Virus record (IMG/VR): IMGVR_UViG_2693429820_000003
Reading direction: 5' to 3' (one strand)
DNA: 64,000 bases
DNA from: a virus
Lineage: Duplodnaviria > Caudoviricetes
The notes below the pieces were generated by a model that saw only the letters and a program-made list of their open reading frames with translations, did not search any database and was not told the DNA's origin. Both the position numbers and the translations under genes were made by a program. This document shows positions 47,848 to 58,106 of this stretch, piece by piece; within the stretch, counting starts at the first letter, position 1, and each line of letters opens with the position of its first letter.

Positions 47848-48259
47848 GCTTTTTGACTTTCCCTATCACAAGATCTCGGATCGGTACCCGGAGTCGAGTA
47901 AGATCGTCCAATATGGCCGTGGCTACTCCTTCGCTTCAGCCCCCATCGGCCCCGATCAAATGATCTTCAAGCTTCGTTTTGATGCCATGTTTCACTGGCT
48001 GACGCTCTACGAGCAGATCGATCGCTACACGAAGCCCCAACTCAACATCGTCCTATTGCAGGAGTTCTATGAAGAGGTGCGCATGTTCACACCCTTCAAC
48101 TACAAGCACTGGCGCCGAGGTTTGGTAACTGTCCGTTTCAACAAGCCACTGCCAGAAATGATGCCCATGACCGAGAAGATCATCGTGGATCAGGTGACTG
48201 GCTCTCGTGGACATCAGGTTGAAGGTTTCGATGTAGAACTTATATTGCAACCACTATGA
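47840..48259 (+). CDS. Distal tail protein (gpM-like)
   Basis: Follows TMP; YGRGY..PF.Y pattern. Confidence 0.65.
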   Translation: MAKLFDFPYHKISDRYPESSKIVQYGRGYSFASAPIGPDQMIFKLRFDAMFHWLTLYEQIDRYTKPQLNIVLLQEFYEEVRMFTPFNYKHWRRGLVTVRFNKPLPEMMPMTEKIIVDQVTGSRGHQVEGFDVELILQPL

Positions 48260-48750
48260 CGATACCTGCTTCACACGTCGAAGAATCCGTCAAACTTACC
48301 GCCGACGCTCCCGTCGATCTCTTTGAGATCAGCCTTGTTGGCACCCCAACCCCGGTTGCGCTTTACCTCACGAATGGCCCCACTGTGACGTGGCAGGGCA
48401 AAGATTACGAGGGCAACGCGCTCAAGTTGTCCAGCATCGCCCAGAACGCGAGTGGTGAGAAGCCTCGCCCTTCCCTCACACTGGCGAATCCGTACGGCAT
48501 CTACAATCCCTATGTCTTTGCGGGTCACTTCGACGGAGCATCGGTTACCCGTCACAAGGTTCTGCGGCAGCACATTCTCGCTAACAGCAACCTGACGGAC
48601 ACATCGTTCTGGTACATCGGCCGTATCCCGCAACTGATCGCCAACCAGGCACTGGTCTGTGAGCTGAGGCTCTATACGGACGGACCTGAGTTCAAAATTC
48701 CGGCTCGCATGTTTATCCCGCCCGAATTCCCATTTGTGAAGATCCAATAA
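48256..48750 (+). CDS. Minor tail protein (gpL-like)
   Basis: VDLFEI, WQGKDY, PRPSLTLAN, GASVTR. Confidence 0.8.
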   Translation: MTIPASHVEESVKLTADAPVDLFEISLVGTPTPVALYLTNGPTVTWQGKDYEGNALKLSSIAQNASGEKPRPSLTLANPYGIYNPYVFAGHFDGASVTRHKVLRQHILANSNLTDTSFWYIGRIPQLIANQALVCELRLYTDGPEFKIPARMFIPPEFPFVKIQ

Positions 48751-49277
48751 TGATTCAATATCAACATCTTCTGGGGCGCACATTCAAACTCGGCTCCACC
48801 GACTGCTACGGACTGGTGCGCGAGTTCTACAAGGACAACTTCGGCATCCAGCTACGCAACTATGCGCGCCCGATGGACTTCTGGGACCACAACCTCAACC
48901 TGTATGTCGAGAACTTCACCAACGAGGGCTTCCGTCCTCTGTCTCCTGCTCAAGAACACCCCGCGCAGTGGAAGCCCGGTGATGCTGTCCTAATGGCCAT
49001 TCGGTCCCCTATCGCGAACCACGCAGCCGTTATCCTGCCAAGCGGGAACATCTTGCATCACATGCTCGGCAAACTGTCCGTCGAGGAACCTTTCCGCCCC
49101 GCGTATCGGAACGCGATGGTTGCCATCCTCCGCCACAAGGACGTGGTCCTCGAGGAAGAACACCACACAATGGACGTCATGGAGCTGCTACCCGATGGTA
49201 TTCGAGAAAAAATCGCTCGAGACTTTCCTCGCGGGGTCATTGGGACCCAAAGAGCGGATCGGTCTCGTACTGAGTGA
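48750..49277 (+). CDS. NlpC/P60 tail protein (gpK C-terminal domain)
   Basis: DCYGLVR, NHAAV, ILHH. Confidence 0.88.
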   Translation: MIQYQHLLGRTFKLGSTDCYGLVREFYKDNFGIQLRNYARPMDFWDHNLNLYVENFTNEGFRPLSPAQEHPAQWKPGDAVLMAIRSPIANHAAVILPSGNILHHMLGKLSVEEPFRPAYRNAMVAILRHKDVVLEEEHHTMDVMELLPDGIREKIARDFPRGVIGTQRADRSRTE

Positions 49278-49530
49278 TGGTACTATCATCGAGCTGGAGA
49301 ACGTGTGCGAGAAGCCAGAGGCTGGTTTCGAGATTGATGGTATGGACCTCCTTCAGTACGAAGATCGCACCTTTGCCTCATGGCATACCCACCCTGGCTC
49401 GGACAACAACCTCTCCGTAGGGGACATGCATACCTTCTTGAATTACCCCGACTGGCGGCACTATATCGTCGGCACAGACGGCACTGCCGAGTATTTTGTA
49501 GAAGAGGGTAAGCTGCTTCAGTGCGAATGA
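49195..49530 (+). CDS. JAB/MPN domain tail protein (gpK N-terminal domain)
   Basis: ERIGL, WHTHP...LS.GD. Confidence 0.8.
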   Translation: MVFEKKSLETFLAGSLGPKERIGLVLSDGTIIELENVCEKPEAGFEIDGMDLLQYEDRTFASWHTHPGSDNNLSVGDMHTFLNYPDWRHYIVGTDGTAEYFVEEGKLLQCE

Positions 49531-50072
49531 CGGTCCACTTCCATGGATCATTGAGAAAACTGCAAGCAGACCCGATCGAGGTAGAAGCCGAAACACCGGC
49601 CGAAGCCATCAAGATAGTCACCAGCCAACTCCCTGCTTTCGCACCCAACGCGGTCAAGGGCCGCCAATGCGTTCAAGTCGCAGGGTGTCACAAAATCGAG
49701 GAGCTGTTCTCCACCAACCCGCGCGAAGAGATTCATCTCATGCCGGCCTTCATCGGCGGCAAGAGCGGTGGTTGGTTGCAGATCATCATCGGTGCCGTGC
49801 TGCTGGTTGCGGCGGCAGCGGCGAGCTTCATGGGTATGCCGGTCATCGGTTCGCTGCTCCTGAAGATGGGCCTCCTCATGTTGTTGGGCGGCGTTCTGCA
49901 ACTCATTGCGGCTCCGAAACGAGATGACAAAAACTCCGAGGAGGTCAAAGGCCACTACCTCGGCTCCCCCAAAAACACGGTCGATATCGGTCGGCGTATT
50001 CCCATCCTGTACGGGAAGACGCAGATCGGCGGCCACTACCTTTCCTTCAACATCTCCGCCGCCGAGGTCTGA
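49527..50072 (+). CDS. Tail assembly protein (gpI-like)
   Basis: TPAEAI, IHLMP..GGK, Gly/hydrophobic stretch, IPILYG. Confidence 0.85.
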   Translation: MTVHFHGSLRKLQADPIEVEAETPAEAIKIVTSQLPAFAPNAVKGRQCVQVAGCHKIEELFSTNPREEIHLMPAFIGGKSGGWLQIIIGAVLLVAAAAASFMGMPVIGSLLLKMGLLMLLGGVLQLIAAPKRDDKNSEEVKGHYLGSPKNTVDIGRRIPILYGKTQIGGHYLSFNISAAEV

Positions 50073-50073
50073 T

Positions 50074-51078
50074 TTGCAGCCCACCATCGACAACGTCCGC
50101 TCCATTGTTGAGAAATCAGGGAGCATCCGCCAGGCCGAACGAGACCTTCGATCTTTGGGGGTGCAGACATCCGAGAGAAGCCTGCGCCGACTGCTGGCCA
50201 AGGTGGGAGACGACGGGTACGACGTCGAACCGCTCCCACCCAGTATTGATGTGGAAGAGCTGATCGCAGCACGTTCAGCCCGGTTTGACACCAAGAAGAA
50301 ACACACCGAAGCGGCCAAGGTCCGTACGGTCTACCTGCGCAATAACCAGACCATCGGCGTTGGATTTCAGGGTGATGGCCACCTTGATGACGACGGCACC
50401 GATCTTCGCGAATTCTTTCAGCATGCGGCGCTGTTCGATGGTTCCAGAAAGGGCCTGTATCTCGGTTTCATGGGCGACCTGTTCAACAATTGGGTCGGCC
50501 GCTTGACCGCTCTATTCGACAAGCAGGCAATCACCGGCGCTGAAACACAGGCCCTGATCAAACACTATGCGGAGAACCATCGCTTTCTGTTCTACGTGCT
50601 CGGCAATCACGACATGTGGAACGGCAAAGAAGACATTCTCCAGTACACGTTCCGGGCTACGTGCAACATCGTCACGGCGCACGAGCAGCGCGTGAAGCTG
50701 GTCTTCCCGAATGGACGAGAGGTCCTCATCCATGCGCGCCACAAGTTTCCTGGCAACAGCATGTATGCGACCCAGTTCGGCCAGATGAAATATGCAACCC
50801 TGGACGGCCAGGCTGACATCTACGTCGGTGGTGACAAGCACGTCTCCGGCTATTCGAACGGCGTTCACGCCGGAACTCACAAGATGTGGTCAGCGCTGCA
50901 GGTCGCTTCGTACAAGAAGTACGACGAGTACCCGGTCGAACTCGGGCTGCCTGCCAAGGACCTCTACAATTGTCCGGTGGCGATCATCGATCCCAAAGCT
51001 TCCGACATCAACCTCATCCGTTGGGAATTCGACCCCTTTGAAGGAGCTGAACGACTCAAGTGGGAACAATCGCGTTAA
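50074..51078 (+). CDS. HTH-fused calcineurin-like metallophosphoesterase
   Basis: N-terminal SIRQAERDL..SERSLRR; GDGHLD, GDLFNNW, GNHD, GDKH; TTG start after GAGGT. Confidence 0.75.
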   Translation: MQPTIDNVRSIVEKSGSIRQAERDLRSLGVQTSERSLRRLLAKVGDDGYDVEPLPPSIDVEELIAARSARFDTKKKHTEAAKVRTVYLRNNQTIGVGFQGDGHLDDDGTDLREFFQHAALFDGSRKGLYLGFMGDLFNNWVGRLTALFDKQAITGAETQALIKHYAENHRFLFYVLGNHDMWNGKEDILQYTFRATCNIVTAHEQRVKLVFPNGREVLIHARHKFPGNSMYATQFGQMKYATLDGQADIYVGGDKHVSGYSNGVHAGTHKMWSALQVASYKKYDEYPVELGLPAKDLYNCPVAIIDPKASDINLIRWEFDPFEGAERLKWEQSR

Positions 51079-54000
51079 GAGGTAACAAATCCCTCGGTGG
51101 CGGTTCTGATACTCAGACCAACACCCCCGATACCCTTAAGAGCGACGATAGCGTCGAAATCGTTCTTGCACTCTCTGAGGGTCCCTGCGTCGGTTTCGCA
51201 AACGGTGCGCGCTCCTTCTTCGTCGGCGGTACCCCCCTTGTAGACACCGACAATAAGCCGAACATCGGCAACTTCGACCTTCGTCTCTATACCGGTGATA
51301 GCCCCGCAACGCCCATCGTCCCAAAACTCGGCGGCTTTGGCGCTTCCACGAACGTCGGTGTCGAACTCGAGACACACATTCCGGTCACGCGTTCAGGCAC
51401 ATATTCGAACATTGACTTCCTTGAACTCCGTATCGTCTACAACCGGCTGCTGGCTACCAACAAGAACGGCACGTTCGCCGCATCCGGCGCGTTCATTGTC
51501 GAAATCAAGCCGCACTCCTCGTCGGTCTGGCAGTCAGCTTACACCACGACCTCGCCGCCGCCTTATCAGCAGCTCGGAACCGACGTGTTCCAATGGATGG
51601 CGTATGCGGCCAACAACCAGAAGAACAACAGCGTCAATCCGGCGTTCCGTAAAATCTACCTCCAATCCGTTATGCCTGGTGTCCCGGAAATCCCACAGGC
51701 AGTCTGGCTCAACAGTTCGGAGAACTACCGCCCCTACGGTTGGAACCTCGTCACCTGGGCAGCCTACGGCGGCGCCACCCACAATGTCACACCGGGCTAC
51801 AGCTATTGGGAATGGAACGACGGCGGTATTGTGCGCCGTGTCTATCACGGCTTCGTGGACGGAGCCGCTCCAGCCCCCCTGACACAGTATGATTTCTGGG
51901 TGGCTCCGACAGGCACCATGGGTCGCTCGACCGAAGTGGCCTACACTTGGAACGGTTCCGCCTGGGTTGATTATATGGATTGGGCTCAGCCCCCGATCAC
52001 CACACCCGGTATCGTCGAAATCTACGGGAAGACGTCCGTTCCTTATGTGAAGGAGCTGCGGTTCGCAGTCCCTCGCATCAGTGAGCCGTTCGACGTCCGT
52101 GTCACCAAGCTGTCGCTGCCGAATACCACTGAATATTTCTGCGACATTCTGTTTGAAAGCTTCCAGGAGCTGACGGCCAATCCGGTGGTCTACGACGACC
52201 TGATGCTGGCGCATCTAACCATCAAGGCCTCGAACCAGTTTTCCAGCGTCCCCGAGTTCCTCTCGGAATGTAAGGGGCGCATCATCCGCGTCCCGAACAA
52301 CTACAACCCGGACGCGCGCACCTATACCGGGATCTGGGATGGGACCTTCAAGTTCGCCTACTCGAACAATCTGGCTTGGTGCGCTTACGACCTGGTGACC
52401 AATGCCCGATATGGCGTCGCCTCCTATCGTCAGGTGATAGCCGACAAGTTCGCTTTCTATGCCTTCGGTCAGCACTGCGACGCCCATGGCTTCACCTACA
52501 ACGACTGGATTACCGAACCTCGCAACCTCAATGAGATGATCGATTACGTCTGCGGTATCGGAGGCGGAAAGTATATCGATCGTGGCGACGGCTACGCGAC
52601 CGTCATCTTCGACTACAAAGATCAACCAGCTGAGCATCTGTTCACGCCTGAGAACGTCGGTGAAGGGATTTTTACCTACGCCTTCACGGACATCACGTCG
52701 CGTAAGAACGACATCACCGTTTCGTTTAAGAACGAGCTGTACGGCTGGATCGAGGACCGTCGCCGTATCTACGACCAGACGCACATCGACACTTACGGAC
52801 GCAATCCGGAGGAGTTCGTCGCAGTCGGCTGTACCGACGAAACGGAAGCGGTCAAGCGAGCCCGTCTCCGACTGGCAACCTCGCTGACGGAAAAGACAAT
52901 CGTCACTTTCAAGACGAACCGTCAGGGGCTTTACGTCAACCTCTATGGCATCATTCTAGTAGCCGATCCAGATTCCGGCTTCGGTCTGTCAGGCCGTATC
53001 AACTCCGTCGTGAATAGCACTACTCTGGCGCTGCGCGACCCGTTGTATTTCGAAGCTGGCTTTACCTACAAGGTGAAGTTCTCGGTCCCGGACGGCGGCA
53101 AGTTCCGGATCATTGAACACAACCTCATCACCAGCACTGGCTCGACCAAGCAGCTGAAGCTCGCAACCCCGCTGGCTTACACCCTGCCGGAATACTGTAC
53201 CTTCTCAATCGAGTCTTCGTCGGGTATCGGCGCACCGAAGGCATGGCGGGTTACCGACATTGAGGAGGTGGACGGCGATCCCGACAACGTGTCGATCTCA
53301 GCCCTCGAGGTCAACCGCAACAAGTGGGATTACGTCGACGGGATTTACGACCCTATCGAGCCGATTGGAACGGGCAACGTCAACACGCAGCTCCTGCCTC
53401 CGACTGACGTCCGGATCACGCCGCGTACGACGGACGGCAAACATTACATCGACATCACGTGGACGCCGTCAGGCAGTCCGCTGACCCGCCAGACGCGGCT
53501 TTATCAGCAGATCAACGGTGGTGACTTAGACCTTCTGACTGAGACCCGTCAGAACCAGTACACGATCGTTGCGCCCGTGCCGGCCAAATATCAGTTCGCA
53601 CTCGTCACCGTGGGTCTTGACGGCAACGAGAGCCCGCCGGTCAGGTTCGAGCACATCGTTGCTGGTGATGAGAGCGTCCGACTGGTTACTGCCCCGACGA
53701 ACTTGCGCATCCAGAACTCCCTGTCCGCCGGTGTGTTCACGGGCCGCGATCCGGTCTTCCTTTGGGACGCCTCGGTTAATGACCCCTACGTCGTTCGCTA
53801 CCGCATTCAGGTTCAAGACCCTGCCGACTCTTCGGTCAAGCGTCAGGAGTTCGTCACCGATACGACCTGGACCTATTCCTATGGTTTGAACGAAATCGAC
53901 TGGGGAACACCTAAGCGCAACTTCAATGTCGAGGTCCGTGCGGTCGACGCAGCTGGGTTCGTTTCGCCGCGCAACCTCCTCCTGTGCTCCAACCCCCTCC

Positions 54001-56558
54001 CGGTGGCTCCGCTTGCGGCTGACGTCTCGGTCACCCAAGGGATGTTCATGGCCTACGTGTCGGCGCAGCGTCCTGCGTCTTCCGACATCGCTGGTATGGC
54101 CGTCTATGCCTCAACCACCAATGGCTTTACACCCAGTCCGACAACCCTGATCTATAAAGGTCCAGATATCACGGTCCGCAGGGAAATCGCAGAAGGCCAG
54201 ACGCTCTACTTCCGTGTCGCCTTCTACGACACGTTCGATGGGACGCTGTCACCTTTCTCGGACCAGAAGTCGGTCGTCGGTTCGGGGCTGGTTCCGAACT
54301 CGGTCAGTTATACCAAACTCTCGACGGATCTTCAGACTGAGATCAGCACCATCGCTCCGACTGCGGTTCGCGTCGCGGCTCTGGAAGAGGAGACCTACGG
54401 CACCTGGAACGTTAGAATCCAGACCCAGGTGACGACGAACGCTGGACCGAAGAACATCATCTCCGGGTTCGGTCTCGCGCAAGCTACCCACGACGGTGTT
54501 GTTGAGTCGGATTTCATTGTCCAAGCTGATCGCTTCTCGATCATCCCGAGTTATAACAGCACAAATCCCGTCAAGCTGTCTCCCGTCTTCGTCGCCTCGA
54601 CCGTTGCAGGCAACATGTCGGTGGGCATCAATGGCGACCTGTTCCTCGACGGCAGCATCTCGGCCAATGCGCTGAAGATCAACAGCCAGATGGCGAACCT
54701 CGTCGTAAACGGCGACTTCGAGGCGGATCTGCTCAATTGGTCGGCCCAGTTCCCGGCCCGAACCACGATCTCAGTGGACAGCGCAAGCGGCTCGAAAGCG
54801 GTCCGTCTCGACCGCACTGCAGCGACGACCGGCATCAACGGTATGCGCATCGATTACACCCAGCTGATCCCGGTCGCAGCGGGCGTGCCCCTTGAAGTGT
54901 CGGCTATGGTCAAGGGCGACACTGCGAGCATTGGTGGCTGTTATCTCGCGGTTCTTTGGTACGACGGAAGCCTCACGCTTCTGAACGAGAGCCAGCCGGT
55001 CAGCAATCAGCCGTTCACTACGACCTATGCGTTGAAGTCCGGTCAGACTACCCCTCCGGCGAGTGCAAAATTTGCTAAGGTCCGCGTCTATCATTGGGAA
55101 CAATCCACCACCCGATACATGTACGCCGACAATGTCGCGCTTAGGGGCACGGCTCAGGGCACTTCGATCCAAGGCGGCGCGATCTCGGCGTACCATCTGA
55201 GCGTCACGTCTCTCTCCTCGATCACTGGCAACGTCGGCATCCTGACAGCAGGTATCATCCAGGGCGCTGATCCGAATGCGCTCTACATGGACCTGAACGC
55301 CAGCTATCTGCGGGCGCGGAACGGCGACTTCCAAGGTACGCTGCGCGCGACCAAGATGGTGGCAGGTAGCCGCTTGGAACTCGGCGCCGGTGCCAACATC
55401 GAGAGTGGCGTTCTTCCGTTTGACACGGGCACCTATCGCCGTGGTGGAGAGTTTTATTTCAGCTCAGGGTCAAGCCTCAATCCAAACTTCACGCTCAAAC
55501 GGGATCGGCTTGTCTCGGATGCGCTTGGCGAACGGATGCACACGCCGATTATGCCTTGGAATCATGCCCTGCAGTATCCGGCAGTGCTCGACGGCGGCGC
55601 TGGTATTCCGTCACTTTTCATTATGCCAGACGGTGGCTTTGCTCAGACCGGAGGCATTAGCGCCTGGCCGAGCGGCGCCGGTAACATGGGTGAGGTTCAC
55701 CAGATTTATTGGGACCCAGGCCTTCGTTGGAATCGTCAGGGCAACTTCTGGGCCCTCGGTCGTCCATTCTATATCCAAGTTCCGGCGGGGGTCACCGCCA
55801 TGGAAGCGTGGCTCTGGGGCGGCGGCGGCGGCACATGCTGGTCCGGAAATGACGCCGGTGCTGGTGGGCACGTCAGGGGGTATTTCTCTGTCACCGAAGG
55901 CCAGCGCTTCCACCTAACTGTTGGGTTCGGAGGATCAGCAGGGGACTGTCGGGAATCCGACTTCACTCCCTCGCCGCTGCGTTTCGATGTTCTCAAAACT
56001 CTCGAAGGTTGGGCCGAGGCTGGTCGAGGCGAGCCTGGAAATCTCTACCACGCCACAGGTGGTGGACGAACCTGCCTGGGTCGCATCATCGACGACGCTG
56101 GTAACTTTGAAGAGATCCTGGTCGCCGGCGGCGGCGGCGCTGGTCACGCGGGCCAGAACGGCACGCCCGGCGGCCCGTATTCCCCCGGTTGGACTGGAGG
56201 CATGCCAAATTCCGTTGGTCAGAACACTTTTGGCCAAGGCGCAGGCGCTGGCGGCGGCGGCGGTGGTAGCTCAGTTTATGGCGGCGGTGGCACCAACGGT
56301 AAGGGTGGTTCGAACTACGTCCACCCAAGCTGCTGGAACACGAGCAGCCAATCTGGCTCCGGCCCGAACCCACCCGAGACGGCGTCTGGCTACTACAACC
56401 ACCACTGCAACGGTCGGATGGGTTTCGACAACGTCAACCGTAAGAAACAGCCTGGTTATGGCTTCGCAGGTGGTCGGCGCCCGAATGGTCCGACTGTTCT
56501 AGGTGAAGACGCTCTCAATGCCGGCGCTCCCGGCTTCGCGTGGATTGGCTTCTGGTAA
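51060..56558 (+). CDS. Central tail tip / host specificity protein (gpJ-like)
   Basis: LSEGP, WDGTFK.AYSNN.AW, Fn3-like repeats, ADRF motif, CBM-like NLVVNGDFE, Gly-rich C-terminus. Confidence 0.92.
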   Translation: MGTIALRGNKSLGGGSDTQTNTPDTLKSDDSVEIVLALSEGPCVGFANGARSFFVGGTPLVDTDNKPNIGNFDLRLYTGDSPATPIVPKLGGFGASTNVGVELETHIPVTRSGTYSNIDFLELRIVYNRLLATNKNGTFAASGAFIVEIKPHSSSVWQSAYTTTSPPPYQQLGTDVFQWMAYAANNQKNNSVNPAFRKIYLQSVMPGVPEIPQAVWLNSSENYRPYGWNLVTWAAYGGATHNVTPGYSYWEWNDGGIVRRVYHGFVDGAAPAPLTQYDFWVAPTGTMGRSTEVAYTWNGSAWVDYMDWAQPPITTPGIVEIYGKTSVPYVKELRFAVPRISEPFDVRVTKLSLPNTTEYFCDILFESFQELTANPVVYDDLMLAHLTIKASNQFSSVPEFLSECKGRIIRVPNNYNPDARTYTGIWDGTFKFAYSNNLAWCAYDLVTNARYGVASYRQVIADKFAFYAFGQHCDAHGFTYNDWITEPRNLNEMIDYVCGIGGGKYIDRGDGYATVIFDYKDQPAEHLFTPENVGEGIFTYAFTDITSRKNDITVSFKNELYGWIEDRRRIYDQTHIDTYGRNPEEFVAVGCTDETEAVKRARLRLATSLTEKTIVTFKTNRQGLYVNLYGIILVADPDSGFGLSGRINSVVNSTTLALRDPLYFEAGFTYKVKFSVPDGGKFRIIEHNLITSTGSTKQLKLATPLAYTLPEYCTFSIESSSGIGAPKAWRVTDIEEVDGDPDNVSISALEVNRNKWDYVDGIYDPIEPIGTGNVNTQLLPPTDVRITPRTTDGKHYIDITWTPSGSPLTRQTRLYQQINGGDLDLLTETRQNQYTIVAPVPAKYQFALVTVGLDGNESPPVRFEHIVAGDESVRLVTAPTNLRIQNSLSAGVFTGRDPVFLWDASVNDPYVVRYRIQVQDPADSSVKRQEFVTDTTWTYSYGLNEIDWGTPKRNFNVEVRAVDAAGFVSPRNLLLCSNPLPVAPLAADVSVTQGMFMAYVSAQRPASSDIAGMAVYASTTNGFTPSPTTLIYKGPDITVRREIAEGQTLYFRVAFYDTFDGTLSPFSDQKSVVGSGLVPNSVSYTKLSTDLQTEISTIAPTAVRVAALEEETYGTWNVRIQTQVTTNAGPKNIISGFGLAQATHDGVVESDFIVQADRFSIIPSYNSTNPVKLSPVFVASTVAGNMSVGINGDLFLDGSISANALKINSQMANLVVNGDFEADLLNWSAQFPARTTISVDSASGSKAVRLDRTAATTGINGMRIDYTQLIPVAAGVPLEVSAMVKGDTASIGGCYLAVLWYDGSLTLLNESQPVSNQPFTTTYALKSGQTTPPASAKFAKVRVYHWEQSTTRYMYADNVALRGTAQGTSIQGGAISAYHLSVTSLSSITGNVGILTAGIIQGADPNALYMDLNASYLRARNGDFQGTLRATKMVAGSRLELGAGANIESGVLPFDTGTYRRGGEFYFSSGSSLNPNFTLKRDRLVSDALGERMHTPIMPWNHALQYPAVLDGGAGIPSLFIMPDGGFAQTGGISAWPSGAGNMGEVHQIYWDPGLRWNRQGNFWALGRPFYIQVPAGVTAMEAWLWGGGGGTCWSGNDAGAGGHVRGYFSVTEGQRFHLTVGFGGSAGDCRESDFTPSPLRFDVLKTLEGWAEAGRGEPGNLYHATGGGRTCLGRIIDDAGNFEEILVAGGGGAGHAGQNGTPGGPYSPGWTGGMPNSVGQNTFGQGAGAGGGGGGSSVYGGGGTNGKGGSNYVHPSCWNTSSQSGSGPNPPETASGYYNHHCNGRMGFDNVNRKKQPGYGFAGGRRPNGPTVLGEDALNAGAPGFAWIGFW

Positions 56559-56575
56559 ACTGAAAGGACCCCCTC

Positions 56576-56779
56576 ATGGATAAGCCCACTTTCGAAGCTC
56601 CTGCTATTATCCCAACTGGTACGACTGACCTGTGTGTCTCATGGTCTCTCGGTAGCGAGAAGGGTAGCTTCCTCATTCCAGCTGACGTTGACTTTCTGGG
56701 TATGTCCGACGCTGCCAAAGTTGAGTACTGGTTCAAAGCTACAGGGCGTAAAGCGACTACTAAAACCCTAAAGGACTAG
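56576..56779 (+). CDS. Small hypothetical protein
   Basis: AAGGA RBS; follows gpJ. Confidence 0.5.
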   Translation: MDKPTFEAPAIIPTGTTDLCVSWSLGSEKGSFLIPADVDFLGMSDAAKVEYWFKATGRKATTKTLKD

Positions 56780-56796
56780 TCGCCAACTACTGAGCC

Positions 56797-56982
56797 ATGG
56801 CACGCAAGGTCGGCATCATGGCGTACGGGACGCCGGAGGACCGCCTCCGGCTTGAGTCCCTGGCCCGTATCAAAGGGCAATCCAGCAGCGAATGGCTGAT
56901 CGAACAAATCCGTGCAGCTTATAAGGAGCTGTACGGAGACGTGCCTCCCGTTCCCAGACCTGAACCGGAGACACGCTCTTGA
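56797..56982 (+). CDS. Ribbon-helix-helix-like protein
   Basis: RLESLARIKGQSSSEWL. Confidence 0.6.
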   Translation: MARKVGIMAYGTPEDRLRLESLARIKGQSSSEWLIEQIRAAYKELYGDVPPVPRPEPETRS

Positions 56983-58106
56983 CGATGAGTTTTCAGGGCG
57001 CAGCCCTTCCCCTTTCCAATGACACGGTCGAGAAGACCGCCAAGGCTCTCGGTATCGAGGTCGCAGCGCTTCGTGCCTTCATGGAAGTCGAGGCGCCAAA
57101 GGGGCCGTTCGACGCCAAAGGGCGTCCGACGATGCTCTTCGAACCTCATAAGTTCTACAAGCATCTGCCCACTTCAGATAAGCGTGCGCGAGCTGTAGCA
57201 GAGGGTCTCGCTTATCCGAGACAGGGTACCAAGCCATACCCTTCAGAGAGTTACACGCGCCTCCTGCAGGCGATTGAAATCGATCTCGAAGCTGCTCTTC
57301 AGTCCTGCTCCTGGGGATCGACCCAGATTATGGGCGAGAACTACGAAGAGCTGGGTTACGTGTCCGCGAAGGCCATGGTCATCGCGGCGATGGATAGTGC
57401 AGATCTCCAGCTGGTCCAGACCGCGAAGCTCATGCGAGCAAAACCCGGTCTCGTCAATGCCATCAAAAAGCATGACTGGGCCACATGCGCCCGCCTATGG
57501 AATGGAGCGGGTTATGCCAAGAACAAATACGACGTCAAACTCGCCAAGGCTTATCAGAAGTGGCTCAAGAAGGCTCCCGCCCGCCCGGTTGCTGTAGTCA
57601 CCGACCTGTCGAAGGAGGAGATCGAGGCCGTCCAGGCCCAGCTTAAGAAGCGCGGATACCACCTGGTCGGCAAGGTCGATGGCAAGTGGGGCTCCAACAC
57701 CATTGGGGCTATCTCTGCTTTTCAGACCGAGAACGGTCTTCCGCTCACCTGTAAGCTCGACCCCGCCACGCGTGAGGAGCTGTTTGGCTCGAACGCTCCG
57801 CGCCCGATTGGTGAAGCTCGATCCAAAGCGGGGTTCGCTGACGTTCAGGGCCTTGGCATTGCCAAGATCGCGGGCGGCATCGGTCTCGGCGGCAGTGGTC
57901 TCTCGGCCGCAAGCGAGTATCTGGATAAGGCCAACGAAGTGAAGGACAAGGTCGTCTCGGCTTGGGACATCCTCGAGCCGATCCGTGGCATCGTCGCGGC
58001 TCATCCGCTCCTGCTCGTCACCGTCGCAGGGCTCGCCGTGGCGTCCGTCGCCGGTGTCTTCATCTACGCGCAGATCCGCAACTATCGCTCGGGGGCGCTC
58101 GCGTGA
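56979..58106 (+). CDS. Endolysin: N-acetylmuramidase (DUF3380-type) + peptidoglycan-binding domain + C-terminal TM
   Basis: EVE, LFEPH.F, SWG..QIMGEN, WNG.GY..N.Y; VDGKWG..T..AI..FQ. Confidence 0.9.
   Translation: MTMSFQGAALPLSNDTVEKTAKALGIEVAALRAFMEVEAPKGPFDAKGRPTMLFEPHKFYKHLPTSDKRARAVAEGLAYPRQGTKPYPSESYTRLLQAIEIDLEAALQSCSWGSTQIMGENYEELGYVSAKAMVIAAMDSADLQLVQTAKLMRAKPGLVNAIKKHDWATCARLWNGAGYAKNKYDVKLAKAYQKWLKKAPARPVAVVTDLSKEEIEAVQAQLKKRGYHLVGKVDGKWGSNTIGAISAFQTENGLPLTCKLDPATREELFGSNAPRPIGEARSKAGFADVQGLGIAKIAGGIGLGGSGLSAASEYLDKANEVKDKVVSAWDILEPIRGIVAAHPLLLVTVAGLAVASVAGVFIYAQIRNYRSGALA

Noticed and set aside
49195-50072. Ubiquitin-like conjugation defence system (JAB + Ubl)
   Set aside because: Context M-L-K-I-J shows ordinary lambda-like tail tip genes; no E1/E2 genes
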